In this document: piece after piece, positions 1 through 12,345 of the stretch
How the letters are laid out: each line of letters opens with the position of its first letter
How positions within the stretch are numbered: the stretch's first letter is position 1
Source of the DNA: Vicinamibacterales bacterium
GTDB lineage: Bacteria; Acidobacteriota; Vicinamibacteria; Vicinamibacterales; UBA8438
Assembly: GCA_965222265.1 (NCBI GenBank)
Contig: CBDCTP010000003.1
Coordinates: 2,246,280 to 2,310,279, forward strand
DNA: 64,000 nucleotides
Reading direction: 5' to 3'
Program-made: the position numbers and the translations under genes
Notes under the pieces: generated by a model
Databases searched by the model: none
Told to the model about the DNA's origin: nothing
What the model saw: only the letters and a program-made list of their open reading frames with translations

Positions 1-1568
<1,568 letters not shown>

Positions 1569-1765
1569 CGGGGCACGGGGCGCTCTGAGGTGGCGTGGAG
1601 GGTAGTGAGCCTCTATTCTAGCTGACTCAACTATCTATGCTAGACACTACTGGGTGACCATGCGATCAGCATCCGCTGGTGCGGGTCGACCTGGTACGTC
1701 ACACTGCTACCGCACGATCACCAGAGAGCGGTAACCTTGAACAGGCTTCGGAGCCCTTGTCGAGC

Positions 1766-2962
1766 ATGGACTGGTCACGGCTTCTCAGTATCGAGCGCAG
1801 ACGGCAAACAACGAGGCCACAGGATCACCGCCGCGAGTTCGAACGCGACTTCGATCGGGCCGTGTTCTCCACACCGGTGAAGCGGCTACAGGGAAAAGCT
1901 CAGGTCTTCCCGCTGGATCCCAATGACACGATCCGGACGCGTCTGACGCACTCCCTTGAGGTCTCGAGCGTTGCTCGCGGCTTGGCGGGACGCATCGCAG
2001 AGTGGCTCCACCGGACCGGGCAAATCGAGCCGCAGATGATCCGCTCAATAGAAGCCATTGCCGCCACTTGCGGACTTGTCCATGACCTTGGGAACCCGCC
2101 GTTCGGCCACGCCGGCGAGAAAGCGATTCGATCGTGGTTCCAGCAAGAACGCGGCAAGGAACTTGTTGCTCCACTGCGCGACAAGAAAGAACAGTTCGGT
2201 CAAGACTTTCTCAAGTTCGAGGGCAACGCCCAGTCTCTGAGACTCGTTGCCACTTTACACGTACTCGCCGATTACAAGGGATTGAACTTCACGTTCGGAA
2301 CGCTGTCTGCGCTTATGAAATACGTCGCGTCGTCTGACCGAGCGAAGGGAAAGGACGCAGACGATCCCGCTTTCGAAAAACCCGGTTACTTTGCATCCGA
2401 GAGTGGCATCGTGGACGCTATCCGTGACGCAACCGGAACCGGGGAAGCGCGACATCCGATCTGCTTTCTTGTTGAGGCGGCAGACGACATCGTGTACCTT
2501 CCGGCGGACGTTGAGGACGGGATCAGGAAGGGTGTGATGTCGTGGCCCACGCTCGAACAACTTCTCCGCTCCGAGAATACGCAATCTGTCGAGGAATCGC
2601 TAGAAGGTAAGGAACGCATCTTGCAGGACGGCTCCACGGTTTCTCAAGGTAATTTTGAAGACGACATTCACGCGGCGGCGTTTCGAACTTCTGCAATCGG
2701 AATCATGGTTGAGAAAGCAGCGAAGACCTTCGAGGACAACTATGAGAGTATAATGAATGGGACTTATCACGGCGCCCTCCTGGACAACAGCGACGCGCAC
2801 GACTTGGAGAGAGTTCTTCGTCGGATTGGAAGAGAATACGTATATCGGACTCCCAGCACTCTCAAGCTCGAGCTTACCGGGCGCCATGTGATTTGCGACT
2901 TGATGGACTTGCTTTGGGAAGGAGCTAGCCTGGAAAATTCACCACGGCCCCGTCCGCGGTAG
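1766..2962 (+). pseudogene. dgt: Dgt-type dGTP triphosphohydrolase, 5' fragment (interrupted by IS)
   Basis: ATG at 1766 (MDWSRLLSIERRR). Motifs RTRLTHSLEV, VHDLGNPPFGHAGE, FEGNAQSLRL, EAADDIVY and LELTGRHVICDL are collinear with E. coli Dgt. The frame enters IS sequence at 2943 and stops at 2960-2962 after six IS-derived codons (PRPRPR). Confidence 0.8.
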
Positions 2963-4614
2963 AGACACAAGAGCCTCCGTGTGCTAAAACGCTGTTGCCC
3001 ACAAACGTTTTTGGCACAACGGAGGCTCTTGCGTGACGAACGCCACGATACCACAGACTGTTCGGTTCCCGGATCTGTTCGACAAGCCGCTCGTGGCCAC
3101 CTTCGACCGCGAGCAGGCGAGTTCGGATGGCGGGGCCGTGTTGCTCAAGGCGGCCGAGCGGGTGTATGGCTTGGTCAAGGCGTTCGCCCGCTGTCTGGTG
3201 GATGAACGCGCGCCGGAGAAGATTCGGCACACGCTCGAGGACCTGGTCGGCCAGCGGGTCTTCGGGATTGCCTGCGGCCATCCCGACGGCAATGATGCCG
3301 ACCATCTCGCCGACGATCCGATCCACAAGCTGCTGCTGGGACGCGACCCGGTGGCCGGGGGGCGGCTGGCGTCGCAACCGACGATCTCGCGGTTTGAGAA
3401 CGACGCGGGCCGCTCGGCCCTCTATCGGATGGGGCGTGAGTTGGCGGCGAGCGTCATCGAGCGGCATCGGCGCCGACTGGGCGGGCGGGCGCGACGCATC
3501 ACGATCGATCTGGACCCGACCGACGACCGGACGCATGGCGCGCAGCAGTTGACGTTTTTCAACAGCTACTACGACAGCTGGTGTTACCTCCCGTTGCTGG
3601 CCTTCGTGCGCTTCGACCGCGAGGTCGAGCAGTATCTGTGCGCCGCTGTGCTGCGGCCGGGCAAGGCGGTGGCTGCCGACGGGACGCTGGGGGTGTTGTC
3701 TCGGTTGCTCCCGCTGCTGCGCTGCGCGTTTCCGCGGGCGCGCTTGCTCGTCCGGCTCGACGGGGGCTTTGCCACCCCGGAAATCTTCGACTTTCTCGAC
3801 GCCGAGCCGCGGCTCGACTACGTCGTGGCGATGGCCAAGAACGCCGTCCTGCTGCGGCACGCCGCGTCCGCCCTGGTCGAGGCGCGGGCCAAGAGCGCGC
3901 ACGACGACCAGACGGCGCACGTCTACACCGACACCCGTTGCTATCGAGCGGGCACGTGGGACCATGAGCGCCGTGTCGTGATCAAAGCCGAAGTCGTGCG
4001 GCTCGCCGGCCGCGAGCCGCGCGACAATCCGCGCTTCGTCGTCACCAATCTGCGCCAGACGCCGCGCTTTATCTACGAGAAGATCTACTGTGCCCGCGGC
4101 GATATCGAGAACCGCATCAAGGAGTTGCTCGACGGCCTGCAGATCGACCGTACGAGCTGCTGCAAGTTCTGGGCGAACCAGTTGCGCGTCTTCCTGACGG
4201 CCGCCGCCTACGTGCTCATGCAGGAACTCCGCTTGCGCGCCGCACGCACCGCCTGCGCCCGCACGCAGGTGACGTGGCTGCGCGACCGGCTGCTCAAACT
4301 CGGCGTTGACGTCCGCCGCTCTGTCCGCCGCCTCGTCCTGCATCTGCCGCGGGCGACGCCATACCTCGATGCTTGGCGCCACATCGCCCTCGCCCTTGGC
4401 GCGCGCGCCGGGTAGCCTGTCCTCCTGCCGTCTGCCAGCCAAATCCCACAGCCGCTCTCACGCGCCCCAGCCGGCGGCGCTGTCGTTGCCGCGCGCTGCG
4501 GGCACGCCGTCACCCTGCCACGGCGGCTCAACCACGCCGCAACCTGCCGCCGACACAGTCCGCAGGCTGCGCTCGTCCGACAATCAGACCCCACCCGTGA
4601 CCGATTCGACAGCC
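2943..4614 (+). mobile_element. IS1380-family insertion sequence (about 1.67 kb)
   Basis: A high-G+C block (42/60 at 3301-3360) sits inside a lower-G+C gene and carries a single DDE transposase ORF. It is flanked by direct TCAC (2939-2942 and 4615-4618). Size and a 4-bp duplication fit IS1380-family conventions. I could not identify terminal inverted repeats by eye, so the ends are +/- a few bp. Confidence 0.7.
3033..4415 (+). CDS. IS1380-family DDE transposase
   Basis: 460 aa. The N-terminal FDREQASSDGGAVLLKAAERVYGL and SQPTISRFEN motifs are typical of IS1380-family transposases, and the DDE-type body is intact with no internal stops. Confidence 0.85.
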   Translation: MTNATIPQTVRFPDLFDKPLVATFDREQASSDGGAVLLKAAERVYGLVKAFARCLVDERAPEKIRHTLEDLVGQRVFGIACGHPDGNDADHLADDPIHKLLLGRDPVAGGRLASQPTISRFENDAGRSALYRMGRELAASVIERHRRRLGGRARRITIDLDPTDDRTHGAQQLTFFNSYYDSWCYLPLLAFVRFDREVEQYLCAAVLRPGKAVAADGTLGVLSRLLPLLRCAFPRARLLVRLDGGFATPEIFDFLDAEPRLDYVVAMAKNAVLLRHAASALVEARAKSAHDDQTAHVYTDTRCYRAGTWDHERRVVIKAEVVRLAGREPRDNPRFVVTNLRQTPRFIYEKIYCARGDIENRIKELLDGLQIDRTSCCKFWANQLRVFLTAAAYVLMQELRLRAARTACARTQVTWLRDRLLKLGVDVRRSVRRLVLHLPRATPYLDAWRHIALALGARAG

Positions 4615-4854
4615 TCACGAATAATGCAGGCTAGGGAGATACCTTTGCAGGGAACGCCTGGTACGTTCTCTTTTGCTGGCAAGGCTGCTGCGCTGTTTTC
4701 TGATAACTACAGGCGTGTATTTCAGCACTTCGCGACCGCCGACCAGCGGCTTCCGGACAGGTACCACCGTTTGCAGTTGCTCACAGATTACGTGTGCGGG
4801 ATGACGGATTCTTTCGCTACGAGGTTGCACAGAGAGTTGTTCAATGGCAGCTAG
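4615..4854 (+). pseudogene. dgt: Dgt-type dGTPase, 3' fragment
   Basis: SRIMQAREIPLQG...ALFSDNYRRVFQHF...RYHRLQLLTDYVCGMTDSFATRLHRELF matches the Dgt C-terminus (E. coli RCRLLQDYISGMTD). G+C falls again exactly after the IS. Confidence 0.75.
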
Positions 4855-5743
4855 GATGACCGTTCCAGAGCTGAAGCAGCTGCTGCGGGCGGAGGTCTGC
4901 AGGCTGTTCAAGCAAGATGATCGACTTTGGAAGCGGCCGATTGTTGAGATGTTGCGAGAACTCAGGGAGTCGGGATTGCAGGCCGTCGTCTTTGGTGGCA
5001 CCCTGCGCTCGCTCTTGTACTCGCGCTTGTATGAATCTCGGCAGGGCCGTCCAAGGGATGTGGATCTTGTCGTGCGGGGCGCGTCCTTACGGGATGTAGA
5101 GGAGCGATTCGGCGAATACGTAGCTAGGCGCACACGCTACGGTGGTCTCTGTTTGAAACGGGAAGGATGGCAATTCGATGTATGGCCGGTGGGCAACACG
5201 TGGGCATTCCGGAACGAGACCTATCGTAACGCCGGTTTCGCGGAGCTTCCCTTCACAACGCCATTCAACCTTGAGGCGATCGCCGTGGAGGCGTGGCCTT
5301 GCGTCGGCCGTCCTCGGCAGGTGTTTTCCGGCGATGATCAGTTTTTTGAGGGTATCCTTTCAAGGATCGTGGAACTCAATTGCACCGACAACCCGTATCC
5401 GGCGCTGACGGTGGTACGCGGACTCGTGCTGGCGACAGACCTCGGTTGCCATGTGGGGCCACGACTTGCGGACTATATCGTCGCATACGGTTCTTCCATG
5501 ACAGAGTCTCAATTCGATGAACAGCAACTGGGACACTATGGGTGTATTCGGCTTGACTCGCGGGTGTTGCGTTCAATTGTTGAATCGATTGTGAAACAAC
5601 GCGACAAAGTGTCGGTGATTCCGCTGCCGAGAGTCCGTCAGCTGTCGCTGCAGTATGATCAGGATGTGCGCCCGCGCGTCCGATTGCACTGTATGGACTA
5701 CGATTCTCAGCGGAAGCCCAGTGCGCGGCGGGCAGTGGACTGA
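4844..5743 (+). CDS. Pol-beta superfamily nucleotidyltransferase, CCA-adding/poly(A)-polymerase head-like; C-terminal half unassigned
   Basis: VFGGTLRSLL...PRDVDLVV (G[GS]...DxD), a third acidic residue in WQFDVW, and PFNLEAIA resembling the FTINA motif. Its ATG overlaps the dgt stop by 11 nt. Alternative in-frame ATG at 4856. Confidence 0.6.
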   Translation: MAARMTVPELKQLLRAEVCRLFKQDDRLWKRPIVEMLRELRESGLQAVVFGGTLRSLLYSRLYESRQGRPRDVDLVVRGASLRDVEERFGEYVARRTRYGGLCLKREGWQFDVWPVGNTWAFRNETYRNAGFAELPFTTPFNLEAIAVEAWPCVGRPRQVFSGDDQFFEGILSRIVELNCTDNPYPALTVVRGLVLATDLGCHVGPRLADYIVAYGSSMTESQFDEQQLGHYGCIRLDSRVLRSIVESIVKQRDKVSVIPLPRVRQLSLQYDQDVRPRVRLHCMDYDSQRKPSARRAVD

Positions 5744-5977
5744 AGTGAGCGGATTCAGTATTTGTATCGTCCGTGGCTGTCGGACCCGGCGTAGAACCGC
5801 AGCGCTGATCGTCGGTTGACGGTGCCGGACCCGTGCTCGGCCGACCTTGCGGGAGTCGGCGCCGTTCTACGATGCGGACTCGTGGCCCGCGACCTCGCGC
5901 TGGAGGGAAGCGCGGCCGGTTCGTTACAATGCATGGCCTGGCCGGCGGGCGCCGGCCGGGATGACGGGGGACACGCG

Positions 5978-6664
5978 ATGAGACGACCGTTGGTGGCGGG
6001 GATGACGGGGTGCCTGGCGCTGGCCGGGCTGACGGCGCTGCTGCACGGGGAACAGCAGGGCGGCACGCTGGCCGGCCGCGTCACGGTCGACGCCGTGCCC
6101 GAGAGGGTCATGGTCGAGGTGGACACCGACCAGGCCGTCTGCGGCGACGAGATCGAGGACCAGGCGACGCTCGTGGACCCGTCCGGCGGCGTGGCCAACG
6201 CGGTGGTGCTCGTCCCGGGGCTGGCCTGGAGCGCGGACCCGCCCGCGCCGTCGATCGACAACGCCGGCTGCTTCTTCGTGCCGCGCGTGCAGGTGGCCCG
6301 CACGCGCAGCCAGCTCGCCATCACGAGCGCGGACGACACGCTGCACTCCACGCACGCCTACGACGACCGGCAGCGCACGCTGTTCAACATCGCCCTGCCG
6401 TTTCCCGGGTTGAACATCATGCGCCCGCTGCCGCGGCCGGGCGTGATGCGCATCGAGTGCGACTCGCACGGCTGGATGCGCGGCTGGATCTACGTCACCA
6501 ACGACGTGGCGGCGGTGACGGGCGCCGACGGCCGCTTCGAGATTGCCGGCGTCCCGCCCGGGAGCTACGAGCTGGCCATCTGGCACGAGCGCTACGAGGG
6601 CGACGCGCAGACGGTCACGGTGACCGCGGGGGGCCTCACCGAGGCCGACTTCCTCCTGCGCTGA
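5978..6664 (+). CDS. secreted cupredoxin-like plus carboxypeptidase-regulatory-like domain protein
   Basis: Signal-like N-terminus MRRPLVAGMTGCLALAGL. Possible type-1 Cu ligand pattern HSTH...CDSHGWM (C-x2-H-x2-M). C-terminal GADGRFEIAGVPPGSYELAIWHE is typical of CarboxypepD_reg domains. Confidence 0.6.
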   Translation: MRRPLVAGMTGCLALAGLTALLHGEQQGGTLAGRVTVDAVPERVMVEVDTDQAVCGDEIEDQATLVDPSGGVANAVVLVPGLAWSADPPAPSIDNAGCFFVPRVQVARTRSQLAITSADDTLHSTHAYDDRQRTLFNIALPFPGLNIMRPLPRPGVMRIECDSHGWMRGWIYVTNDVAAVTGADGRFEIAGVPPGSYELAIWHERYEGDAQTVTVTAGGLTEADFLLR

Positions 6665-6686
6665 CCGTCCACCCTCGGGCCGCCGC

Positions 6687-8360
<1,674 letters not shown>

Positions 8361-8388
8361 GGGCCGGCCCGGCCTGCGGGTCGCCAGG

Positions 8389-10287
8389 TCAGTAGGCCAG
8401 CGCGTAGCAGTCGCGGCGCGGGTCGCCGGCCGCCAGGCGGTTGCCGGTCTCGGGATCGATCAGGACGGCGGTCGCGCACCCCGAGATGCCGAACGCCGGC
8501 ACGTCGTTGACGTGGTGTCCGCGGCGCCGCAGCTCGCGCACCACCTCCGGCGAGACCCGCGACTCGACGTCGAGCTGGTTGAAGCCGGCGGCGTGCGGCC
8601 AGAACGATCCGTGCAGGTGCTGCGTGCGCACCCGCGGCCACGCCAGCGCATCGTGCAGGTTGGGGTACCAGTCGGGCCAGAACTCGACGATGTTCAGGAA
8701 CGTCTGCAGGATGGTCTGGTCCTGGTTGTCGCCGCCCGGCGTCCCGATCGCCAGCAGCGGCTCGCCGTCCTTGAACACGATGCTCGGCGTCAGCGTGTAG
8801 CGCGGGCGGGCGCGGGGGCGGATCTGGTTGGCGCGCTCGGGGTCCAGCCAGAACTGCTCGCCGCGCGTGCTGAGCCCGATGCCGGTCGCGCCCAGGATGA
8901 CCCCGCCGCCGGTCCAGCCGCCGCTCGGCGTGGCGTCGAAGACGTTGCCCTCCGCGTCGACGACCGCGACGTGCGTCGTGTCCTTCGTCCCGCCGGCCGA
9001 CGGCACGAACGAGCCGTCGGCGTCGCTGGCCGCCACGCCGTCCTCGATGCGGGCCACCCAGAACGGCCAATCCCCGACGTCGGGGTCGTGCGGCAGCGGG
9101 TCGCCGGCCCGGAACGCGACCGAGGCCCGCGCCGGGTCGATCTCGGCCGCGCGCGCCCGGGCGTACGGGGTCGAGAGGAGGCCCGCGGCCGGCACGTCCA
9201 CGAACTCGGGATCGGCGTAGTAGGTGTCGCGATCCGCGTAGGCCAGCTTCATCGCCTCGACGACGGTGTGGACGTAGTCGGGGCTGTTGTGCCCCATCGC
9301 CTGCAGGTCGAACTCCTCCAGGATGTTCAGCGCCTGGAGCAGCACCGGGCCCTGGCTGTTGAAGCCGTGCTTGTAGATGGTGTAGCCGCGGTAGTCGGTC
9401 GCCGTCGGCGCCTCGACGCGCGAGTGGAACTCGGCGAAGTCGGCGAGCTCGAAGGGCGCGCCATGTGCCTGCAGGAAGGCCACCATCTCCGCGGCGATGT
9501 CGCCCCGGTAGAACCGGTCGCGGGCGGCGGCGATGCCCTGCTCGCGGCCGAGGTGCGCGCTCGCGCGCTCGGCCTCCACCATCTTCGTCAGCGTGGCGGC
9601 CAGGGTGGGGAACCTGATCGTCTCGCCTGCCCCGTAGAGCGAGCCGTCCGGCTTCAGCCAGAAGCGGCGGTTCTCCGGCCACGACTCCATGAACTCGAGG
9701 CTCGCCTCGATGGCGCGCGCCGTGAGCGGCCGCAGCGGAAAGCCGTGCTCCGCGTAGGCGATGGCGCGCGCCGAGACCGCCTCGAAGCTCAGCGTGCCCC
9801 AGCGTTCGAGCACTGTCAGCGCGCCGTGGAGCGCGCCCGGGACGACGGCCGGGTCGAGCCCCTCGCCGAACAGGTCCCGGCCGCGCGACCGGTACCACTC
9901 GATGCTGGCCCCCCGCGGCGCCCAGCCCTGGCCGACGACGGCGGTGACCTCGCCCTCCGCGGCCGGGTAGACGAGCACCAGCGACTCGCCGCCGAGCCCG
10001 TAGAGGTCCTGCTCGACGACGCCGCCGACGAGCAGCGCCGTCACCCCGGCGTCGAACGCGTTGCCGCCGCGGATCAGGATCTCGAACGCGGCGGCGGTCG
10101 TCAGCGGATGGCCCGTCGACACGGCGGCGCTCGGCCCCGACACCGGCGGCCGCTGGGCGGCGAGCGGCTGGGCGAGGCCGAGCAGGAGCAGGAGGAGCAG
10201 TCCGGCCAGGGCCGCGGGCGGCACGGCGCGGGCGCCGGCGTGGTGCCCGGCGGTACGGTCGAGACGTCGTGGTGGTTGCGGCAGCAT
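8389..10287 (-). CDS. ggt: gamma-glutamyltransferase family protein (paralogue 1)
   Basis: Start at MLPQPPRRLDRT followed by a hydrophobic signal. Catalytic region GGTKDTTHVAVVDAEGNVFDATPSGGW. The six-frame ORF 8389..12069 is a read-through artefact upstream of this ATG. Confidence 0.88.
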   Translation of the reverse strand: MLPQPPRRLDRTAGHHAGARAVPPAALAGLLLLLLLGLAQPLAAQRPPVSGPSAAVSTGHPLTTAAAFEILIRGGNAFDAGVTALLVGGVVEQDLYGLGGESLVLVYPAAEGEVTAVVGQGWAPRGASIEWYRSRGRDLFGEGLDPAVVPGALHGALTVLERWGTLSFEAVSARAIAYAEHGFPLRPLTARAIEASLEFMESWPENRRFWLKPDGSLYGAGETIRFPTLAATLTKMVEAERASAHLGREQGIAAARDRFYRGDIAAEMVAFLQAHGAPFELADFAEFHSRVEAPTATDYRGYTIYKHGFNSQGPVLLQALNILEEFDLQAMGHNSPDYVHTVVEAMKLAYADRDTYYADPEFVDVPAAGLLSTPYARARAAEIDPARASVAFRAGDPLPHDPDVGDWPFWVARIEDGVAASDADGSFVPSAGGTKDTTHVAVVDAEGNVFDATPSGGWTGGGVILGATGIGLSTRGEQFWLDPERANQIRPRARPRYTLTPSIVFKDGEPLLAIGTPGGDNQDQTILQTFLNIVEFWPDWYPNLHDALAWPRVRTQHLHGSFWPHAAGFNQLDVESRVSPEVVRELRRRGHHVNDVPAFGISGCATAVLIDPETGNRLAAGDPRRDCYALAY

Positions 10288-10391
10288 GGCTCGACGGCCT
10301 CCCCGGTTGCGCGGTTGTTTCCGATCTGCGGCGGCCGGTCGCGGAGAATGCGCTCGGGCCTCGTCTAGGCCCGCGACGAGCGCTGCGCCGG

Positions 10392-12329
10392 TCACGGCTC
10401 CTCCGTCTTCCCGACCGTCACCCAGTGTAGCGCGACGGCCGCCGCGACGAGCGCCGCGCCGGCGAGGCGCGTGGCGGTCTGCGGGTAGAAGAGCAGCAGC
10501 CCGGCGGCGACGGCCAGCACGCGGTCGCGCCGCGCGAGCTCCGCGCGGAGCCAGCCGCCGCAGCCCATGGCGAGGGCTGCCACCCCGAGCGCCGCGGCGG
10601 CCAGGGTCTGGGCCGTGGCGGCCAGGGGCGCCTGCAGCAGCACGCCGAGGCCCTCGGGGCCGAGCGTGAACGTGAACGGCACGAGGAACGCCGGCAGCGT
10701 GTACTTCCAGGTCAGCATCATCGTGCGGAACGGGTTGCCCCCGGTGATGGCGGCCGCCGCGAACGGCGACAGCGCGGTCGGCGGACTCACCTCCGACAGC
10801 ACGGCGTAGTAGAAGATGAACATGTGGGCGGCGACGTCCGGCACGCCGACCAGCGTCAGCGCCGGCGCGATCATGACGGCGGCGATGATGTAGGAGGCGG
10901 TGACCGGGACGGCGAGCCCCAGCATCCACACCGCGATGGCCGCGTAGACCACGGTCAGCGGGACGCTGCCCCCGGCGAGCTCGACGAGGATGCCGGCGAT
11001 CTTGAGGCCGAGGCCGGTCAGCGTGACCACGCCGACGATGATGCCGGCCGTCGCCGTGGTGGCCGCGACCGACAGGACGCCCCGGCCGCCGTCCTCGAGC
11101 GCGCCGAGCAGGCGCCGCGGCGACAGCGCGGTCGCCCGGCGGATGAAGCTCAGGCCGATGGCGCAGAGCGTGGCGTAGAAGACCGCGCGGAACGGCGTCA
11201 TCCCGGTGACGAGGAAGACGACGATGGCGACGAGCGGCAGGAACTGGTAGCCGGAGCGGCGCATCAGCGTCCCCACCGGCGGCAGGTCGACGGCCACGGC
11301 GCGCGTGTGCAGCCGGCGCGCGTCGGCCTCGATCATCAGGACGATCGAGAGGTAGTAGAGCACGGCGGGGACGATGGCCATGGCGATGACCTGCAGGTAG
11401 GAGATCTGCAGGAACTCGGCGATCAGGAACGCCGCGGCGCCCATGGTGGGCGGCGCCAGGATGGCGCCGATGCCGCTGGCCGAGAGGATGCCGCCGCCGA
11501 CCTCGGGGGAGAACCCGGCGCGCCGCAGCAGCGGCCAGGCGACCGCGCCCAGCGTGACGGTCGTCGCCACGCCGCTGCCCGAGACGGTCCCCAGCAGGAA
11601 GCCGGAGATGGTGACCGTGCGGCCCGGCCCGGCGCCGCTGCCCGAGCGCCCGAAGGCGGCCATCGTCCAGTTGATGAAGAACTGGCCGGCGCCCGAGTGC
11701 GCCAGGACCGCGCCGAAGATGGTGAACAGGACGATGTAGGTGGCGGCGACGTCGAGCGGGACGCCGAAGATGCCCTCGAGCGTCATGTACAGCGTGCCCA
11801 CCAGGCGCGCGACGTCGTATCCGCGGTGGGCGAACAGGTCGAGCCCGACCAGCTCGAACAGCGGGCCGTAGTAGCCGTAGACGACGAAGGCGACGGCGGT
11901 CACGGGCAGGATCGGGCCGACGGTGCGGCGCGTCGCCTCGAGGACGAGCAGCATGGTGACCGCGCCCAGCACGAGGTCGATGCCCGCCGGCGTCGCGGCG
12001 CGGTAGACGAAGCGGTCGAAGTCGACGATCGGCCAGGCGAGGGCCGCCACCGCGACGGCGGCCAGGCACCAGTCGCCGGCGGTGATCCGCGCCCGCCCCC
12101 GCGCGCGGGCGGGGTAGAGCAGGAAGGTGGCCACCAACACGAGCAGCAGGAAGCTCATGCGGTAGATCTGCGGCTGGACGATGCCGACCACCCAGTACAG
12201 GGCGTAGAGCGACAGGCCCGCGGTGAGCAGCGTCGCGAGGCCCCGCGGCGCGCCGGTCAGCGTCCGGATCCGGATGGCCGACTCGCTCCGGTCGGCGGCG
12301 CCGCGCGGCGGATCGGGTGTGGAGTCCAG
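10392..12329 (-). CDS. TRAP transporter fused 4TM/12TM permease (TAXI-type)
   Basis: Conserved N-terminal RTLTGAPRGLATLLTAGLSLYALYW is followed by many TM segments. The gene lies immediately downstream of the TAXI receptor. There is no ATG/GTG/TTG between the TAXI stop (12346) and the conserved N-terminus, so the CTG at 12329 is given as a provisional start. Confidence 0.78.
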   Translation of the reverse strand: MDSTPDPPRGAADRSESAIRIRTLTGAPRGLATLLTAGLSLYALYWVVGIVQPQIYRMSFLLLVLVATFLLYPARARGRARITAGDWCLAAVAVAALAWPIVDFDRFVYRAATPAGIDLVLGAVTMLLVLEATRRTVGPILPVTAVAFVVYGYYGPLFELVGLDLFAHRGYDVARLVGTLYMTLEGIFGVPLDVAATYIVLFTIFGAVLAHSGAGQFFINWTMAAFGRSGSGAGPGRTVTISGFLLGTVSGSGVATTVTLGAVAWPLLRRAGFSPEVGGGILSASGIGAILAPPTMGAAAFLIAEFLQISYLQVIAMAIVPAVLYYLSIVLMIEADARRLHTRAVAVDLPPVGTLMRRSGYQFLPLVAIVVFLVTGMTPFRAVFYATLCAIGLSFIRRATALSPRRLLGALEDGGRGVLSVAATTATAGIIVGVVTLTGLGLKIAGILVELAGGSVPLTVVYAAIAVWMLGLAVPVTASYIIAAVMIAPALTLVGVPDVAAHMFIFYYAVLSEVSPPTALSPFAAAAITGGNPFRTMMLTWKYTLPAFLVPFTFTLGPEGLGVLLQAPLAATAQTLAAAALGVAALAMGCGGWLRAELARRDRVLAVAAGLLLFYPQTATRLAGAALVAAAVALHWVTVGKTEEP

Positions 12330-12345
12330 TGGAATGGACCTTGGA

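Noticed and set aside
1617-1644. 6-bp inverted repeat TCTAGC-N16-GCTAGA upstream of dgt.
   Set aside because: The stem is too short and the loop too long to distinguish from chance in an AT-richer spacer.
2968-3031. Imperfect hairpin caagagcctccgtgtgc ... gcacaacggaggctcttg just upstream of the transposase start.
   Set aside because: It lies inside the IS left end. It is probably part of the IS regulatory or terminal structure, not an independent host feature.
2943-4614. Terminal inverted repeats of the IS element.
   Set aside because: The only weak similarity I found is CACGG..GTC at the left end against CACGG..GTC in the reverse complement of 4585-4599. That alternative right end (4599) leaves no flanking duplication. 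I kept the TCAC-flanked boundaries and state the uncertainty.
1604-5750. 7-bp direct repeat AGTGAGC (1604-1610 and 5744-5750) as att-like boundaries of the lower-G+C islet.
   Set aside because: A 7-mer match within loosely defined boundaries is close to chance expectation. There is no integrase or tRNA nearby, and the low-G+C tract continues about 30 bp beyond the right copy. I mention it only as a lead.
5814-5928. TTGACG (about 5814) and TACAAT (about 5923) as promoter hexamers upstream of the cupredoxin-like gene.
   Set aside because: The two hexamers are about 100 bp apart, so they cannot form one sigma-70 promoter. Neither has a properly spaced partner that I could see.
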